The notes beneath the pieces were generated by a model that saw only the letters and a list, made by a program, of their open reading frames with translations, had not been told where the DNA came from and made no database searches. From NCBI GenBank assembly GCA_002269645.1, contig NIVC01000640.1, positions 372,001 through 436,000 of the forward strand: a DNA stretch of 64,000 nt, written 5' to 3'. Of this stretch, positions 24,318-35,985 are shown one piece after another (position 1 is the stretch's first letter; each line of letters opens with the position of its first letter). Position numbers and translations under genes: made by a program. Source of the DNA: Macrostomum lignano (lineage: Eukaryota).

Positions 24318-25476
24318 TTTCTTGAGGAAACAGCGGCTCAACTGCATTTTTAAAATACGTGCAGGTTTAGACTGACTGCATATGCGCTCATCTGTATGAT
24401 AATGTAATTTCTCTAAAGCTTTATAACGCATATGATTTGTTTAGTACACAAGTGTTCAGTTTAGTGCTAACGCTTCTATATTTTGTTCCTATGTTAAAAA
24501 AGATGACTAGCTCTCTACTACTGCAGCTCATTAAGTAGTTGATACAACTTGCTTTTTATTTTATTGGGCAAATTTAATACACCTTTGTCACTTGTACATC
24601 ACTTTTTGTATTGTTTTAGTTGTGTCGGCAACTTCAAATTTCAAATTATACATAAACTGAGCTCTTAAAAATAGTTGCTATGCCCTCTCTGCATACTGCA
24701 TGTAAGAATCTTCGGGTTTAGCGCCTCGTATTGTCCACACTTTAGTCTGTGGCTAATTGTGTCTAGTTTCGTTTGGGCCACAAACGATTGCGTCGACGGA
24801 AATTGTGAACTAAGTAAATTTTTGCGCGCCTTTCAGGCATCGAAACAGGAATACAACAGATTGCTTATCTGCGAATAGTCTATGGTCAAGCCGCCCCCAT
24901 CTTTGGATATTCCCAACGGGTTATATTTGGATATACCCATTTGCAGATGAGCAATCTGTATATTCCTGTATCAATGCGTTTGCGAGGATATTTTTTATTC
25001 AATACAACAAAGCTGAATAAACAGATTGTATAAATGTACGAAAACGGCCGTAACGTGGGCATAATGAAACGTGGACCAATTGTTCCGCAATAATCGATGA
25101 GTAGAGCTAGAATCGAAAATAATTACACTCACATCGGCCGAATTGCATGGTTTGTTCCGCATGGGATCCTTGGGGCAAGCCTCTTCTTCGCTTGGCAGTG
25201 GTGGCAGAGCATCATCGTTACCGCATTCAATGAATCGGATGAACTCCATCAACTCTTCGTCATTCGCCTCGTCACGTCCACCCATACTCAAGTCGCTGAG
25301 AAAGTTGACCTCATTTCCATTCAAGCCGTCAATGCTTTCAATCGGCAAATTCGATCAATTTATCATTCGTATGAGTGGCATGAATAGAGGTTAGGGCAGA
25401 CAGAAGAAACAGGAACATGTATCCTCTGCTGCAGAGTTCCAGCTTATAAGACCACAACTTCATTTAACATGTTTCG

Positions 25477-27659
25477 CAGGGACAACTAAAACCCTCGGGA
25501 CGCGAAACGAGCCAATTCATGGCAAAAAATCTGAGGGGCTCGCTTAAAAGTATTGTTCTATGGCTTTTTCAAGTCTTCTCTGCTATCAGGCAAATTAAAA
25601 TTGCTTTAGCTGCGGCCAGCAGTGAAGCTAAGCTGAACTATATCAAGAGAAGCATTTTTTATTCACTTGATGAAATGCCAAGAAAGTGCAGCGTATTTCC
25701 GTGCTCGTCAAATTACAACTCTGAAGCCGTTCGAACACGGACATTTGCGTTTCCCAGAGATCCACAGGAGCGAGAGCGATGGAGAAAGGCGCTGCCAAAT
25801 ATTCTCCAGGTAAGAAACCAGATCATTTGCTGTCATTACTGCTGCATAATTCCGCTTCAATTCTGCATGCCAGTCTTGTCCAAACAACTTGAAACCCAAA
25901 ATTTATTATTTTAGAGAGTGACTGACAATATGGGCGTGTGCGTAAAGCATTGGCCAAGCGATGCTCCAATGGTCAAGAAAAACTATCGAAAGGCCAATTA
26001 ATCCTCCTGTTTTTAATGGAGTTCCTAGCTCGTGTTTTATTCAGAACCAAGGTACGTAACTTAAAGATTGCTCAACACTTAGCGTCTGTATCGATTTTGC
26101 CGCTCACAATTATCTTACTTTTATTTTTACTCTTATTTTAGACCAGGACCGACAGGCCGAAAAGCGCGGTGTTCTTTCTGACGCGAGGTGCGGCGACATC
26201 GATGAGATGGACGCTTTTCAGCTGCTTGATTTTTTGCCGGCATGGGAAAGTTTTCGAGCTGAGGTGAAAAATTCGGATGTCGTATCTCGACATGCACTGA
26301 ACACAGCTATTCTGAACGAAGACGTTTACTTGTTTACGTTAGATAAAGATGGAGACCTGTCTGTTCGAATTTTTGTCTCACCCAACTTTCTGATTCGTGC
26401 ATTCAAACTGCATACACCGATTTCGGTTCGAGACTTGTTGGGATTTCAACCGACACTCAAGCGCTGGTCGCAACTGGATGCTGTTGTCGTGCGGTGCAAA
26501 AATTCCGACGCCAATCCCCAACGTGAAGTCGAAGCGTTTGTTAGTAGAATCAGTGATGATATAGATTCTGACTCTGATTTGGATCCGTCGCTTCAGTTTT
26601 TGATTCGACAACTTAGCCTTACATTAGTAAATCGGAACAATCGCCGCTATGACATTTCACTAGTGCGATCCAGTCAGCATTGCTCTACTTGATCAGTAGT
26701 TCGGCTTACTCTTACCTACGGAAGCTATTGCCATTGCCTCATCCCCGAACGCTGCAGCTGCAACTAGCAGGTACAGGAGAAGTTAGCACAGAAACCGACG
26801 CAGCCGATGTGATCCAGTCAGTTTTTGCTAGTCTATCAGGAGCTCAGCGAAACTGCGTAATTATGTTTGACGAAATGTACATACAACCGTCCGTTCGATA
26901 TCGATGCCGTCACCTTCTGGGTCGAGCCGTCGACGATCCGGACCAGGTTGCTAGGACAATTTTGGCCATAATGGTAAAGCCATTACTTGGTGGAAAACCG
27001 TTTGTAGTCCGACTATTGCCGACATACATTTTGTCTGCGGAGTTTCTGCGAAAATGCGTCAGCCAATGTATTAAAGCAATTAACAACAACGGTGGCCGTG
27101 TCGTTGCTCTCGTCAGCGACAATCACCCTACCAACCGCAAGTGTTTTGCTTTATTTAGCGATGGAAGAGAGAAGCCATCGATTGGACTCCCACCAATACC
27201 GACGACATCCCATGATAGAAAGCTTCGGAAGTTAGATGTTCAGTAGGTGAAGTTCCAGCGTTTCCTTTATGTACGAGCTACTGACTGTTTGTGTCGTCTT
27301 GTCCTTGGAGTTCCGTATTTGCTTCTATCTTCTTGCCGTTGGAGTTTCATCTTCGCTTTCATCCTTTATCTTCTTGCCGTTGGAGTTCATCTTTGCTTTC
27401 ATCTTTTATCTTCTTGCCGTTGAAGTTTTTTGTTGATATGGCGATTACTTTATTGTAAATACATTGTAATTATATCACTGGTTCCTATTCTTTAAATTAA
27501 ATACTCGACATTGCCTCGCTTTACTATTTAATCTAACCGTTAATGCCTGATAGCAGAGAAGACTTGAAAAAGCCATAGAACAATACATTTAAGCGAGCCC
27601 CTCAGATTTTTTGCCATGAATTGGCTCGTTTCGCGTCCCGAGGGTTTTAGTTGTCCCTG
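25477..27659 (+). mobile_element. P-superfamily (THAP) DNA transposon, internally deleted, 2183 bp
   Basis: ~72-bp TIRs (CAGGGACAACTAAAACCCTCGGGACGCGAAACGAGCC...) and a perfect 8-bp TSD ATGTTTCG at 25469-25476 and 27660-27667. Confidence 0.92.
25675..27246 (+). pseudogene. Spliced THAP/P-element transposase, 3'-truncated, two frameshifts
   Basis: Exons 25675-25809, 25915-26051, 26142-~27180 with GT-AG introns. THAP C2CH (MPRKCSVFPC...FP...W...VCVKHW...P). Core YSYLRKLLPLPHPRTL, CVIMFDEMYI, VALVSDNHPTN. Frameshifts near 25985 and 26685. Confidence 0.85.
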
Positions 27660-28027
27660 ATGTTTCGTCTATGGTAATTTCAGACTGTTCCGCTTAACTT
27701 TTCGTTCCAGACGTTTAGTCTATGGCCATCATTTGGCTTGCGCCAAGTGGAAAATGCCTATGACACAAGTCCCTAGAATCACTCAGTGAACAATTCCCGT
27801 CTGGGAAGTTGTGTCCTAGCCGTTTTGAATTGGTTTTTGGACGAAACTAGACACAATTCCACTATCGAGAGTTCACGCCTCACACACAACTGCCATAGCG
27901 TCGAGGCCGGTTGTGACCTCTTGATAATCATACATTGTGTGCAGCAAACAATAACGAGTGCCCGCATGTTCCGCTCGCGCTATCTATCACACCAGACGCA
28001 GTGATTGACATTGACAGAGTTGACAAT

Positions 28028-28531
28028 ATGATGTCAAGGATTGATAGCGGAGGAATTTCAGTTGCGGCCGACCGTGGCTTCGAGCCATGTACATTACATT
28101 GCCTACTAGACATGCCACACAGTGGTTGCTTGGACGTTCAAAGGGTCTCCCTGTGGGATATCCCACTCTTCAAGATCTGCAGAGACTCAGTTAATCCTTG
28201 CCTACCGTGCGACATTGTCAAACTGCGGACGTGTGCCTCTGAAACTCAGCTAGATCGAAAAATGGCTGAGTACCAGAAGCGCTATTTCTACTGAGTCTGG
28301 GACCTGCTATTTGCCCACCTGTTCCCAGTTCAGTCTACAAGTCCAGCCGAGTCCCAGTCAGCCAAGCGCCAGAGAAAGTCTGACTGCGAAGCAAACAGCC
28401 AGCAGCAGAAACTGGAGCAGCAACCGCAACCGGTTGAGTCGACTGACACCCAGGAAAAAAGTGACGGTTTTCCCAGTTTAAATAGACGAGGCACGGGGGG
28501 AGCGAAGAGCAACAGACAAAAAGACTCATGA
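28028..28531 (+). pseudogene. Family member X2 with an internal TGA
   Basis: PCLPCDIVKLR...EYQKRYFY*VWDLLFAHLFP. The frame stays open for 78 codons after the TGA (28292-28294) and includes AKRQRK. The start codon is uncertain. Confidence 0.65.
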
Positions 28532-29014
28532 AAGAACGCCGGCGTGTGTACTTGTACTACGACTATCTACGAGTACATGTATGTGTGCCGTATTTTTTCG
28601 GTATTCATTCAACCAAATCTGAAACCATATCTCGACCATATTTTGAGCAATCTACATGCACAAATGCAAGCGCAATTACACTATATTAAAGTAGAATATT
28701 TTGATACACCAGTATTTGTACACTCATAATTTTTGTGTTAACTGTTGCTCCAATCTTTTTTCCAACGCCTAAATAATAATAATAATAATAATTGATTACC
28801 TGCCTGATTGGCCAGGTGTGCAACCGACAGCTCAGCCGCAGCTATTGCGCGGCGCATCTGAAGGTTGCCTACGGCTGTTCAGTCCAAGGACTGGGGGTCG
28901 CCACACACAGCCTCAATTACCCCAGCTAATGCTGGAACCCATTACACAGCTGGGTGAACTGAAGCAAAGACACAAATTGTTACGATGGGATCGAGAGTCG
29001 AAACAAGAACAACA

Positions 29015-29090
29015 GTTGTCCTTGGAGTCGAACCTCCGACCGTCAAGTCGTGAGTCGGACGCTCTAACCGCTAGGCTATACCAACCCCCA
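29015..29090 (-). mobile_element. tRNA-derived SINE head
   Basis: Minus strand TAGCCTAGCGGTTAGAGCG (A box) and GGTTCGACTCC (B box); T and acceptor stems do not pair. Confidence 0.5.
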
Positions 29091-29580
29091 ACGCCTAAAA
29101 AATATTCCACTATGAATGGCTGCTGACTTGTATGAAGGCTTGAGTCCAATGCTTAGTGTCTTGTCCTGGAATACTTTTTAGTCTACAAAACTTTTAATCT
29201 CATATTTCATTGCAAAAGATTTGGTTTTTCTTTTTGATACATGTATACTCGTAATACGAAACCAGGACCCCACCGTTGATACCATTAGCATTCAACTCAA
29301 ATGAGCTTCTGGTGGTCCTTTTAGTTGTAAATTTTGGGGTCATTAATTTTTCCGTTCAGTGAGATGTTCAGTAAAACATTGATGGAGTCATTTGGACTGT
29401 CGCTAGTTCAAGATCGTTAGGTATGTTTTTTTCTGCTAGGCAGTTACTGCCGATGTATTCGTATTTAAAAACGATGTCGGAAAAAATCTCTTTGGTAGCA
29501 AAAAAAATTTTTGAAAAGCAAAGTCAATCCAGCTGATGAAATGACCATGGTAAACATCCGTTGGCAGTTTCCGCCAACCA

Positions 29581-29928
29581 TCAGCAGTGCATGTACCTGC
29601 CGACAATCTGACCACATCCGGGACAGGTGTGCACCGCGTCTTTGGCTCGGTCGCAGCAGAATGGAAAGCAGCAGAAAAGAGGACACAGAAGCCACGGCAT
29701 GAGACCGTTGTACTTCTTCACTAAGGTAACGATATCCTTGTAGCAGTAAGGACAGGTCATAGGCAGCGGGTCAGGCCCGATCTGGGTGATCACAATGTCC
29801 GGCTGGTGCTGGCTCTGATGCCGGTGCTGCCGGCCCTCGTGTCCGGGCGGCCAGTCGTCCACTCCGCCGCGGTCGCGTATTCGGCCGCTGGAAATTGGCG
29901 GCGATCGAAGCCGCTCCGACCTGAGCAT
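29581..29928 (-). CDS. LITAF: LITAF-domain protein 1 (divergent; start uncertain)
   Basis: MTCPYC...hydrophobic/Cys segment...DAVHTCPGC zinc-ribbon halves. Confidence 0.8.
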   Translation of the reverse strand: MLRSERLRSPPISSGRIRDRGGVDDWPPGHEGRQHRHQSQHQPDIVITQIGPDPLPMTCPYCYKDIVTLVKKYNGLMPWLLCPLFCCFPFCCDRAKDAVHTCPGCGQIVGRYMHC

Positions 29929-31392
29929 GCCGAGCTGTGTGCGCGTAATTTTGGCTGGCGTTGACTGCCGTTGGCGGACCGTTCAATGCGGAGCTTCCAG
30001 GCCGGGCGCATCAAAGATTAACAATACGCGACTAGCGTTGATTCCGTGGCTAGATGCTACAGCATTTCGCAGCTAGTTTATGCTGCTTCTGTTGTTAATT
30101 ATTTTTTAAATAGATCTTTCCACCATAGAACCCTTATTTATTGCTGTTATTCCCACCCGATTTACGGGGCTCAAATGTCACGGAAATCTTCAATCCTCAT
30201 CACAGATACTAAAATAACTAGATGGGCCACTCAGGCATATATACTCGTACTTAGCAAAACAGCTTTCTACTTTCAGTTCAGTAGCAAAGAAGAATACATA
30301 AGCTATTTTTTTAAATAAAGGCTGCTGAAATGACTTTGACTCTGACTCTGAGTTTAGAAGCCCAAACTTGCAGGCGTAAACAACTTGCTAATTGGTTCAG
30401 CAATACTGTAATGCACATTAGCCAGTCCACTGAAATGTACATGGCAGCTTTAGGCTGGAAAAAAATTGGGGCGGGACGGTGGTAAAGTGGTAAGGCGCGG
30501 TTGGAGGGTTTAAGCTGAGGGTAAGAGCCAATAAATGAGCCTTGGCTTTAAAAATACATTAAAATGCTTCAGTTTAACTTACTACTAAACTGAAAGTAGC
30601 TTACACGCAAATGTGCTGAGTGGCCAATCTTAGTTATTTTAGTATCTGTGATCCTCATGATAGATTTGGGCTGGGTAAGGAGGGATTTGGAAGAGCGGAG
30701 GGCGAAGACTGGATGGATTGAAGCCACCACCTGGTTTCCGTTGTTTTTCCAGCATTTTTAAATATCAAAATGGTTGACCAGGTGATAGACGCTGGTCGAA
30801 AGACACTGATCACTTGGGGCAAAGGGTGGCGACTTTTCAATGTTGCTGAGTATAATTATTTTCCCATATTCTCTATCGGCAAAAGGAAGAATTCCTAATT
30901 CTATCTCCAATTGTGAAGTATTCGATAATTATGTACCTTTATGAAGCATTTCATGCCAAATGATCCTCACCGAGTCGTACTGCTCACAGCTGTGCAACAG
31001 GTGCAGCTGCTGACGCTATCGGCGCCCTACTGGTGAGGACAGGCGCGCACTCGGCAATTCGTCGGATGCCTGCTGACTGATGTCGGCGCCCTGGATTTGG
31101 TCGGCAGTGCAGCCTGCACTGCGACGCTGTTCTCATCTCGATATTAAGACTTACTGACAGGGAATTCTTTGCTGCTCCCAGGCTTAAAAGATACGAGTAC
31201 ATATGTTGCGATACAATGTCCCAGGGCCCTACAAAGAACGGAACAGTGATGAGCTGATTAAAATCGGGTAGCGAGGGCCCAAAGGCTTTTTTGCTGATTC
31301 TTTCAAAAAAAGTTTCGTAAAAAGATCCGAGCATATGAGTCCGGTAACAAGGAAACAGCACATCAGGAGTTTAGTAGCGAAAAAGCTAAAAT

Positions 31393-31470
31393 GTGACTGC
31401 ACTGGGAATCGAGCCTGGGCTGCTGGCACATCAGAGCACCGAGCTAGACCTCTGGGCTACGGCACCCCGG
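31393..31470 (-). mobile_element. Second copy of the tRNA-Glu-like short repeat
   Basis: The reverse complement closely matches 3815-3888. Confidence 0.6.
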
Positions 31471-31536
31471 AGACAAAGCTTTATTGAGAATAAAAGCTTT
31501 CCTTCGACAAAAATTTTCTGATTAAAAGTTGGCTTT

Positions 31537-31812
31537 GTGGATCCGATTAAGAGAAAGAAACTCCGCTTTTTCCGTCATGTTGTGAGAAGTGATGGAGTGC
31601 TGAAGGCTGTGGTAGAAGGTGGTGTTGAGGGACACAGGGGCAGAGGCAGGCCACAAGATGACTGGGCAGGCAACCTGAAGCTGCGGAGTGGAGAGAGTAT
31701 GATGCAGCTGAGCAGGATGGCCTTGAATCGTAGGAGGTGGAGAGTCGCTGTCGAGAATCGGGTGCACCAACGGCCATACTGGCTACGGACCTGATGATGA
31801 TGGCAATGATGA
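31537..31812 (+). mobile_element. 5'-truncated RTE-clade LINE 3' end with (TGA)n tail
   Basis: IKRKKLRFFRHVVRSDGVLKAVVEGGVEGHRGRGRP...W...R..W is a typical RTE ORF C-terminus, followed by TGATGATGATGGCAATGATGA. Confidence 0.8.
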
Positions 31813-31953
31813 AAAGTAGAAATAAAGTACATTTAGATAGTTTCTGTTCTATGATTTTTTTAGAATGATGCGGCTCCGTTTACACAGTGCCAATGCGATT
31901 AAGTTTGTTTGGTCAAATGTTGGCGTTTTCTTTTCAAACAGAAGCATCTGCAT

Positions 31954-32295
31954 CTAGTTGATCAGCCTGTGCCTTCCAACCACTTGCTGGCAGCTGGGGC
32001 AGCGGTGCTCCGCGTCCTTCAGTTTGTCAATGAAGAACGGGATGATGCAGCAGCCGAAAAAGCACCCAACCAACGCCAGACCGCCGCAGACAAGCCAAGG
32101 AGCCAAGCCATTGATTTGATTCACCGCTGTGGTGATGTTGACGCGGCAGTGCGGGCACATCATCGTCACCGGATGCTTATCGAATGACACAGACGGTTTG
32201 TCAACAACTTGCACTGCCGGCGGCTGCTGCTGCTGCTGGTAGCATCCCTGTGGAACATCGTATGCCGGTGGCGTAGCCTGCAGGCTCTTCTCCAT
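31954..32295 (-). CDS. LITAF: LITAF-domain protein 2 (113 aa)
   Basis: PPAY (PPxY) motif; CPHC...DAEHRCPSC. Confidence 0.9.
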   Translation of the reverse strand: MEKSLQATPPAYDVPQGCYQQQQQPPAVQVVDKPSVSFDKHPVTMMCPHCRVNITTAVNQINGLAPWLVCGGLALVGCFFGCCIIPFFIDKLKDAEHRCPSCQQVVGRHRLIN

Positions 32296-34244
32296 GGCTG
32301 GCTTTCAACTTGTTTGTCCTGTCTGTTATGTAGAATCTAGTTTTTACCCGGACTGCGAGCGGTAAGTGTGCTGCCGGATTCAGAGTCTACTTATATGATG
32401 TGTCCGAATGCCTTCCGCTAGACCGCAAGTAACCCAAAGAGTGGACAGCATGCCACACAAAAATTTCTCGAAAATGCGCACAAAACCAATGATCTCTAAT
32501 CCAATCAGTGACAGCTCAATATTATTGCGCAAAAAAATCGTGAGCATCTTGCTGTGGCAAATGTTTCTCATTTCCACATATACTGAGCTCAAAATGCTGA
32601 CTGGCAGCTTTTCTACATTGTAAATCTTGAGCTGTACGTCTTGTAGAATTTCGGGTCTCTTTTTTGGGGCGTTGTTTTTTTTCGATGCGCAGCGATAAGC
32701 CAGTAAATTCATAACAATTATTAAGCGTGCCTGTTATTGTATAGCGCCGAGAAGCATATGCAATAGCTAAAAGCAGAAATTCCTTCTGAGCTGCACTGGA
32801 GTTAAGGACTTGACGGCCGAAGCTTTGGATTTAGAATGCTTTTTGTTGTACGCTCCGTGTTGGTTTGCACCAACTAATAGCTATATTCAGCTCAAGTTAC
32901 TGGCCGTAGCTATAGAAACTCGATGGAAAATGCTCGACTTTATTGCGATTGATGTCATCTACATGTACTAGTAATGCAGAAATATCACTATTCATTTTGC
33001 ATATCACAGAAATATGTCTGATGCTCTGCAATATAGCCAGGTTACAGCCTGCTGCTCAAGCTGCCTACAGCTTGTACGAAAGTGTGACAATTGACTGCTG
33101 CAATTTGACTGCTGAAAATTTAGGCTGTGGTTAGGTTTAGGGCCTAGGGACTGCTGTGTTTTCGTCAATTGTGAGAAATAGCCAACATGGAGACTGGGAT
33201 TGTCAGTTCAGTAGCTTGCGAGATATAGACACTTTTTTGACAATTTGTTAAGAATGATCGCGGAAGTGAAACTATATATCTGGTTCCATTCACTGGGTTA
33301 GATATTGAGCAACATGAGCAGCTTCTTGCACAACTCGAGGAGTTGCTGTGCAATCACAATTTTGACTCGCACATACGAGTATTTTCTTCACAACGGGATG
33401 GTGAAGTCATATGGCACCCCTTTTCCGAACCTTGACGTTGGATTGAAACTTTAAAAGAGGCATTCTACTAAAAGTAGCGAGCTGACGACGCCAACTCTTC
33501 ACTGCTTATCTACACAGAAAAAGCAGCAGGAATCCTCAAAAAGAAATACTGGTGTAAATTTCACGCCTGAACAAGAAGACTATGCAGGCCCGTGGAATCC
33601 GTTGGACTCGAAGAGATGCTGACGCTGTTCTCATTTCGATTTTAAGACCTACAGACGGTGAATTCTTTGCTGCTGTTGCTGTTACTCTAGCATATCTCAA
33701 GCAGCTCCCAAGTTTTAAAAGGTACTCTTTCATAAATTACAAAACAACGGCCCACGGAAACTTTGATGATGAATGGTGTCTTTTAAATCCAGTTCCATCC
33801 GGCATATACGGCTCGTATTTGGTTTGGCCGTATCGTCCATCGGGAGAAATCATTTTATATTTGCTTAATGAAAACTTTGCAACAATGAGACAGTGGCTCG
33901 TAATGAAGAGAATGTACAGATCCGTGTGAATGCGAGACATCAGCAGATGCCTTACCTAGGTTAATGCTTAGCTTTCGCTTACCATGATTGGCTAAAAAAG
34001 TTTTATACAGCGATAGGTAGAAAGCCATTCTTAAAGGAGAATAGAATTTTCAATCAGAAATATTTTCAAAGATAAAAACACAAACAAAGTACATTGGATG
34101 GCTTTGTGAACCTTGTGAACCTCTAATTACGAGCTTATGATTTTAGAATGATGCGACCCTTTTTACATTGTGGTGATGCGATAAAGTTTGCTTGGTCAGG
34201 TCTAATCGTTCTTTTCGTTTCTTTTTGAGCAGCAAAATCTGTAC

Positions 34245-34655
34245 CTAGCTGATCAGCCTGTGCCTTCCAACCACCTGCTGGCAGTTGGGGCAGCGGTGCT
34301 CCGAGTCCTTCAGATCGTCAATGAAGAATGGGATGAGGCAGCAGCCGAGCCAGCAGCCAATTAGAATGAGGCCGCCACTGACAAGCCACGGAGCCAAGCC
34401 ATTAACGTAGCTCACCGCCGTGGTGATGTGGGCGCGGCAGTGCGGGCACGTCGTCGTCACCGGTTCCTTATTGAATGACACCGCGGCCGCAGGCTGTTGG
34501 ACGACAACTTGCACTGATGACTGCTGCGGCTGCTGCTGCATTGGGTATTGCTGCTGCGGAGGAGGATACGGCGCTCCAGTTTGAGGATAGTACTGCGGCT
34601 GGTAGCCTCCCTGCGAAGCATTGTATGCCGGTGGCGGAGCCTGGCCCTTCTCCAT
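34245..34655 (-). CDS. LITAF: LITAF-domain protein 3 (136 aa)
   Basis: PPAY, Gln/Pro-rich N-terminus; CPHC...DSEHRCPNC. Confidence 0.92.
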   Translation of the reverse strand: MEKGQAPPPAYNASQGGYQPQYYPQTGAPYPPPQQQYPMQQQPQQSSVQVVVQQPAAAVSFNKEPVTTTCPHCRAHITTAVSYVNGLAPWLVSGGLILIGCWLGCCLIPFFIDDLKDSEHRCPNCQQVVGRHRLIS

Positions 34656-35599
34656 GGCTGGCTCTCAACTTGTTTTTCCTGTCTGTGTTATTTAGAATCT
34701 AATTTTTACCCGGACTGCGAGCGGTAAATAAGTTCGCTGCCGAATTCAGAGCCCACTTATATTTTGTGTCCGAATGCTGCCTGCCTGTCGCTAGACAGCA
34801 GCAGCCCAAAGATTGGACAGCGTGCTACTCAAAATTTTCTTGAAAATGCGCACAGCATTTCATCTCTCGTCCATTGTGCAACGACTGCATATTATTGAGC
34901 GAGAATCGTTAGCATCTTGTTAGCAAGAAATTTCCTCCGAGTGTAGCTGCTTTAATTGCTTCACATCAATCCTTAAGTTTACTTTACTCGAGTCTGCTAA
35001 CTTTACCAATTAAATGTGCGCATGTCTGAGAGATGGCGTGCGAAAGGCTTTCCTGGCTCGGTTGTATGATCAGACCAGGGACTTCTTAAGTCCCTGGCCT
35101 GAGTTAAGAAGTCCCTGGCCTGAGCATACAACCGGGGCCAGCTTAAGAAGTCCCATGGCTCAGGCACGTTGTTTGAAGAGTTTTTCATTTCCACGTACTG
35201 AGAGCACAATGCTGGCGGACCGCTTTTCTTTATACTAAATCTTGAGCCGCATTTAGGTAGAATTTCGGCTTTCTATTTTGGGGCGTTGTTTTTGCGATGC
35301 GATGAGTCAGTAAATACGTGGCTGTTTATTGTACAGTGCCAACTAATAGGTGCGAACAGCTGAAAAAACTCGATGGAAAAGCTCAATTTTCTTGCGATTG
35401 ATGTCAACTACATACTAATGCAGCAATAGCACTGCTCAGATATCAAATCGCAACAATAGCTAGTATGCCTGATGCGCTACAGCCTGCGGCTCTGCTACAC
35501 TGCTTTGATTTGGAAATCCATACACATTGGTAGGTAGCATCTTTATACTAACGCAGATCACAGAGCAGGGTGAACCAGTTAGTTTGCTACTAACTCACT

Positions 35600-35985
35600 T
35601 TGAATGAATGGCCGATGAATTGAATGAGTCAATGAGCAGCCTTATTTACGCTGGTAGGGCGCCTGTATCTTCCTTAGGCGTGGGCAGTGCGACTCAGCGC
35701 GGATGATGTGGTCTGCCTACTGGAGTTGCCGACAGCGCAACAGGTCGCTTGGACGGTCCAGACTGTGCACCGTTGGATACTCGCTCGTCGCCGGTCTTGA
35801 TTGCGGCGTGCAGCAGGCCAGCGTGCGCCGCGTCAACGTCAACTCGCTGTTCGAGCGATTCAGTCAACGTCCAGGTCTCGGCAGTGTAAAGCAGGACGGT
35901 CTCGACCACAGTCTGGAACAACACCGTCCTCTGGCGGTCACGTAGGACCTCGGACTGCAAGACTGTTCTCACAGAACTAAAGGCA
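35600..35985 (-). mobile_element. LINE (RTE/L2-like) 3' fragment, repeat unit 1
   Basis: RTVLFQTVVETVLLYTAETWTLT post-RT motif and a (CATT)n-like tail near 35600. Copies at about +3605 and +7210. Confidence 0.7.

Noticed and set aside
28292-28294. Selenocysteine or programmed readthrough in X2
   Set aside because: Aligned residues are Arg (CGA) and Asp, there is no readthrough context, and CpG decay is simpler.
29015-29090. Functional tRNA gene
   Set aside because: A and B boxes are present but the T and acceptor stems do not pair; called a SINE head instead.
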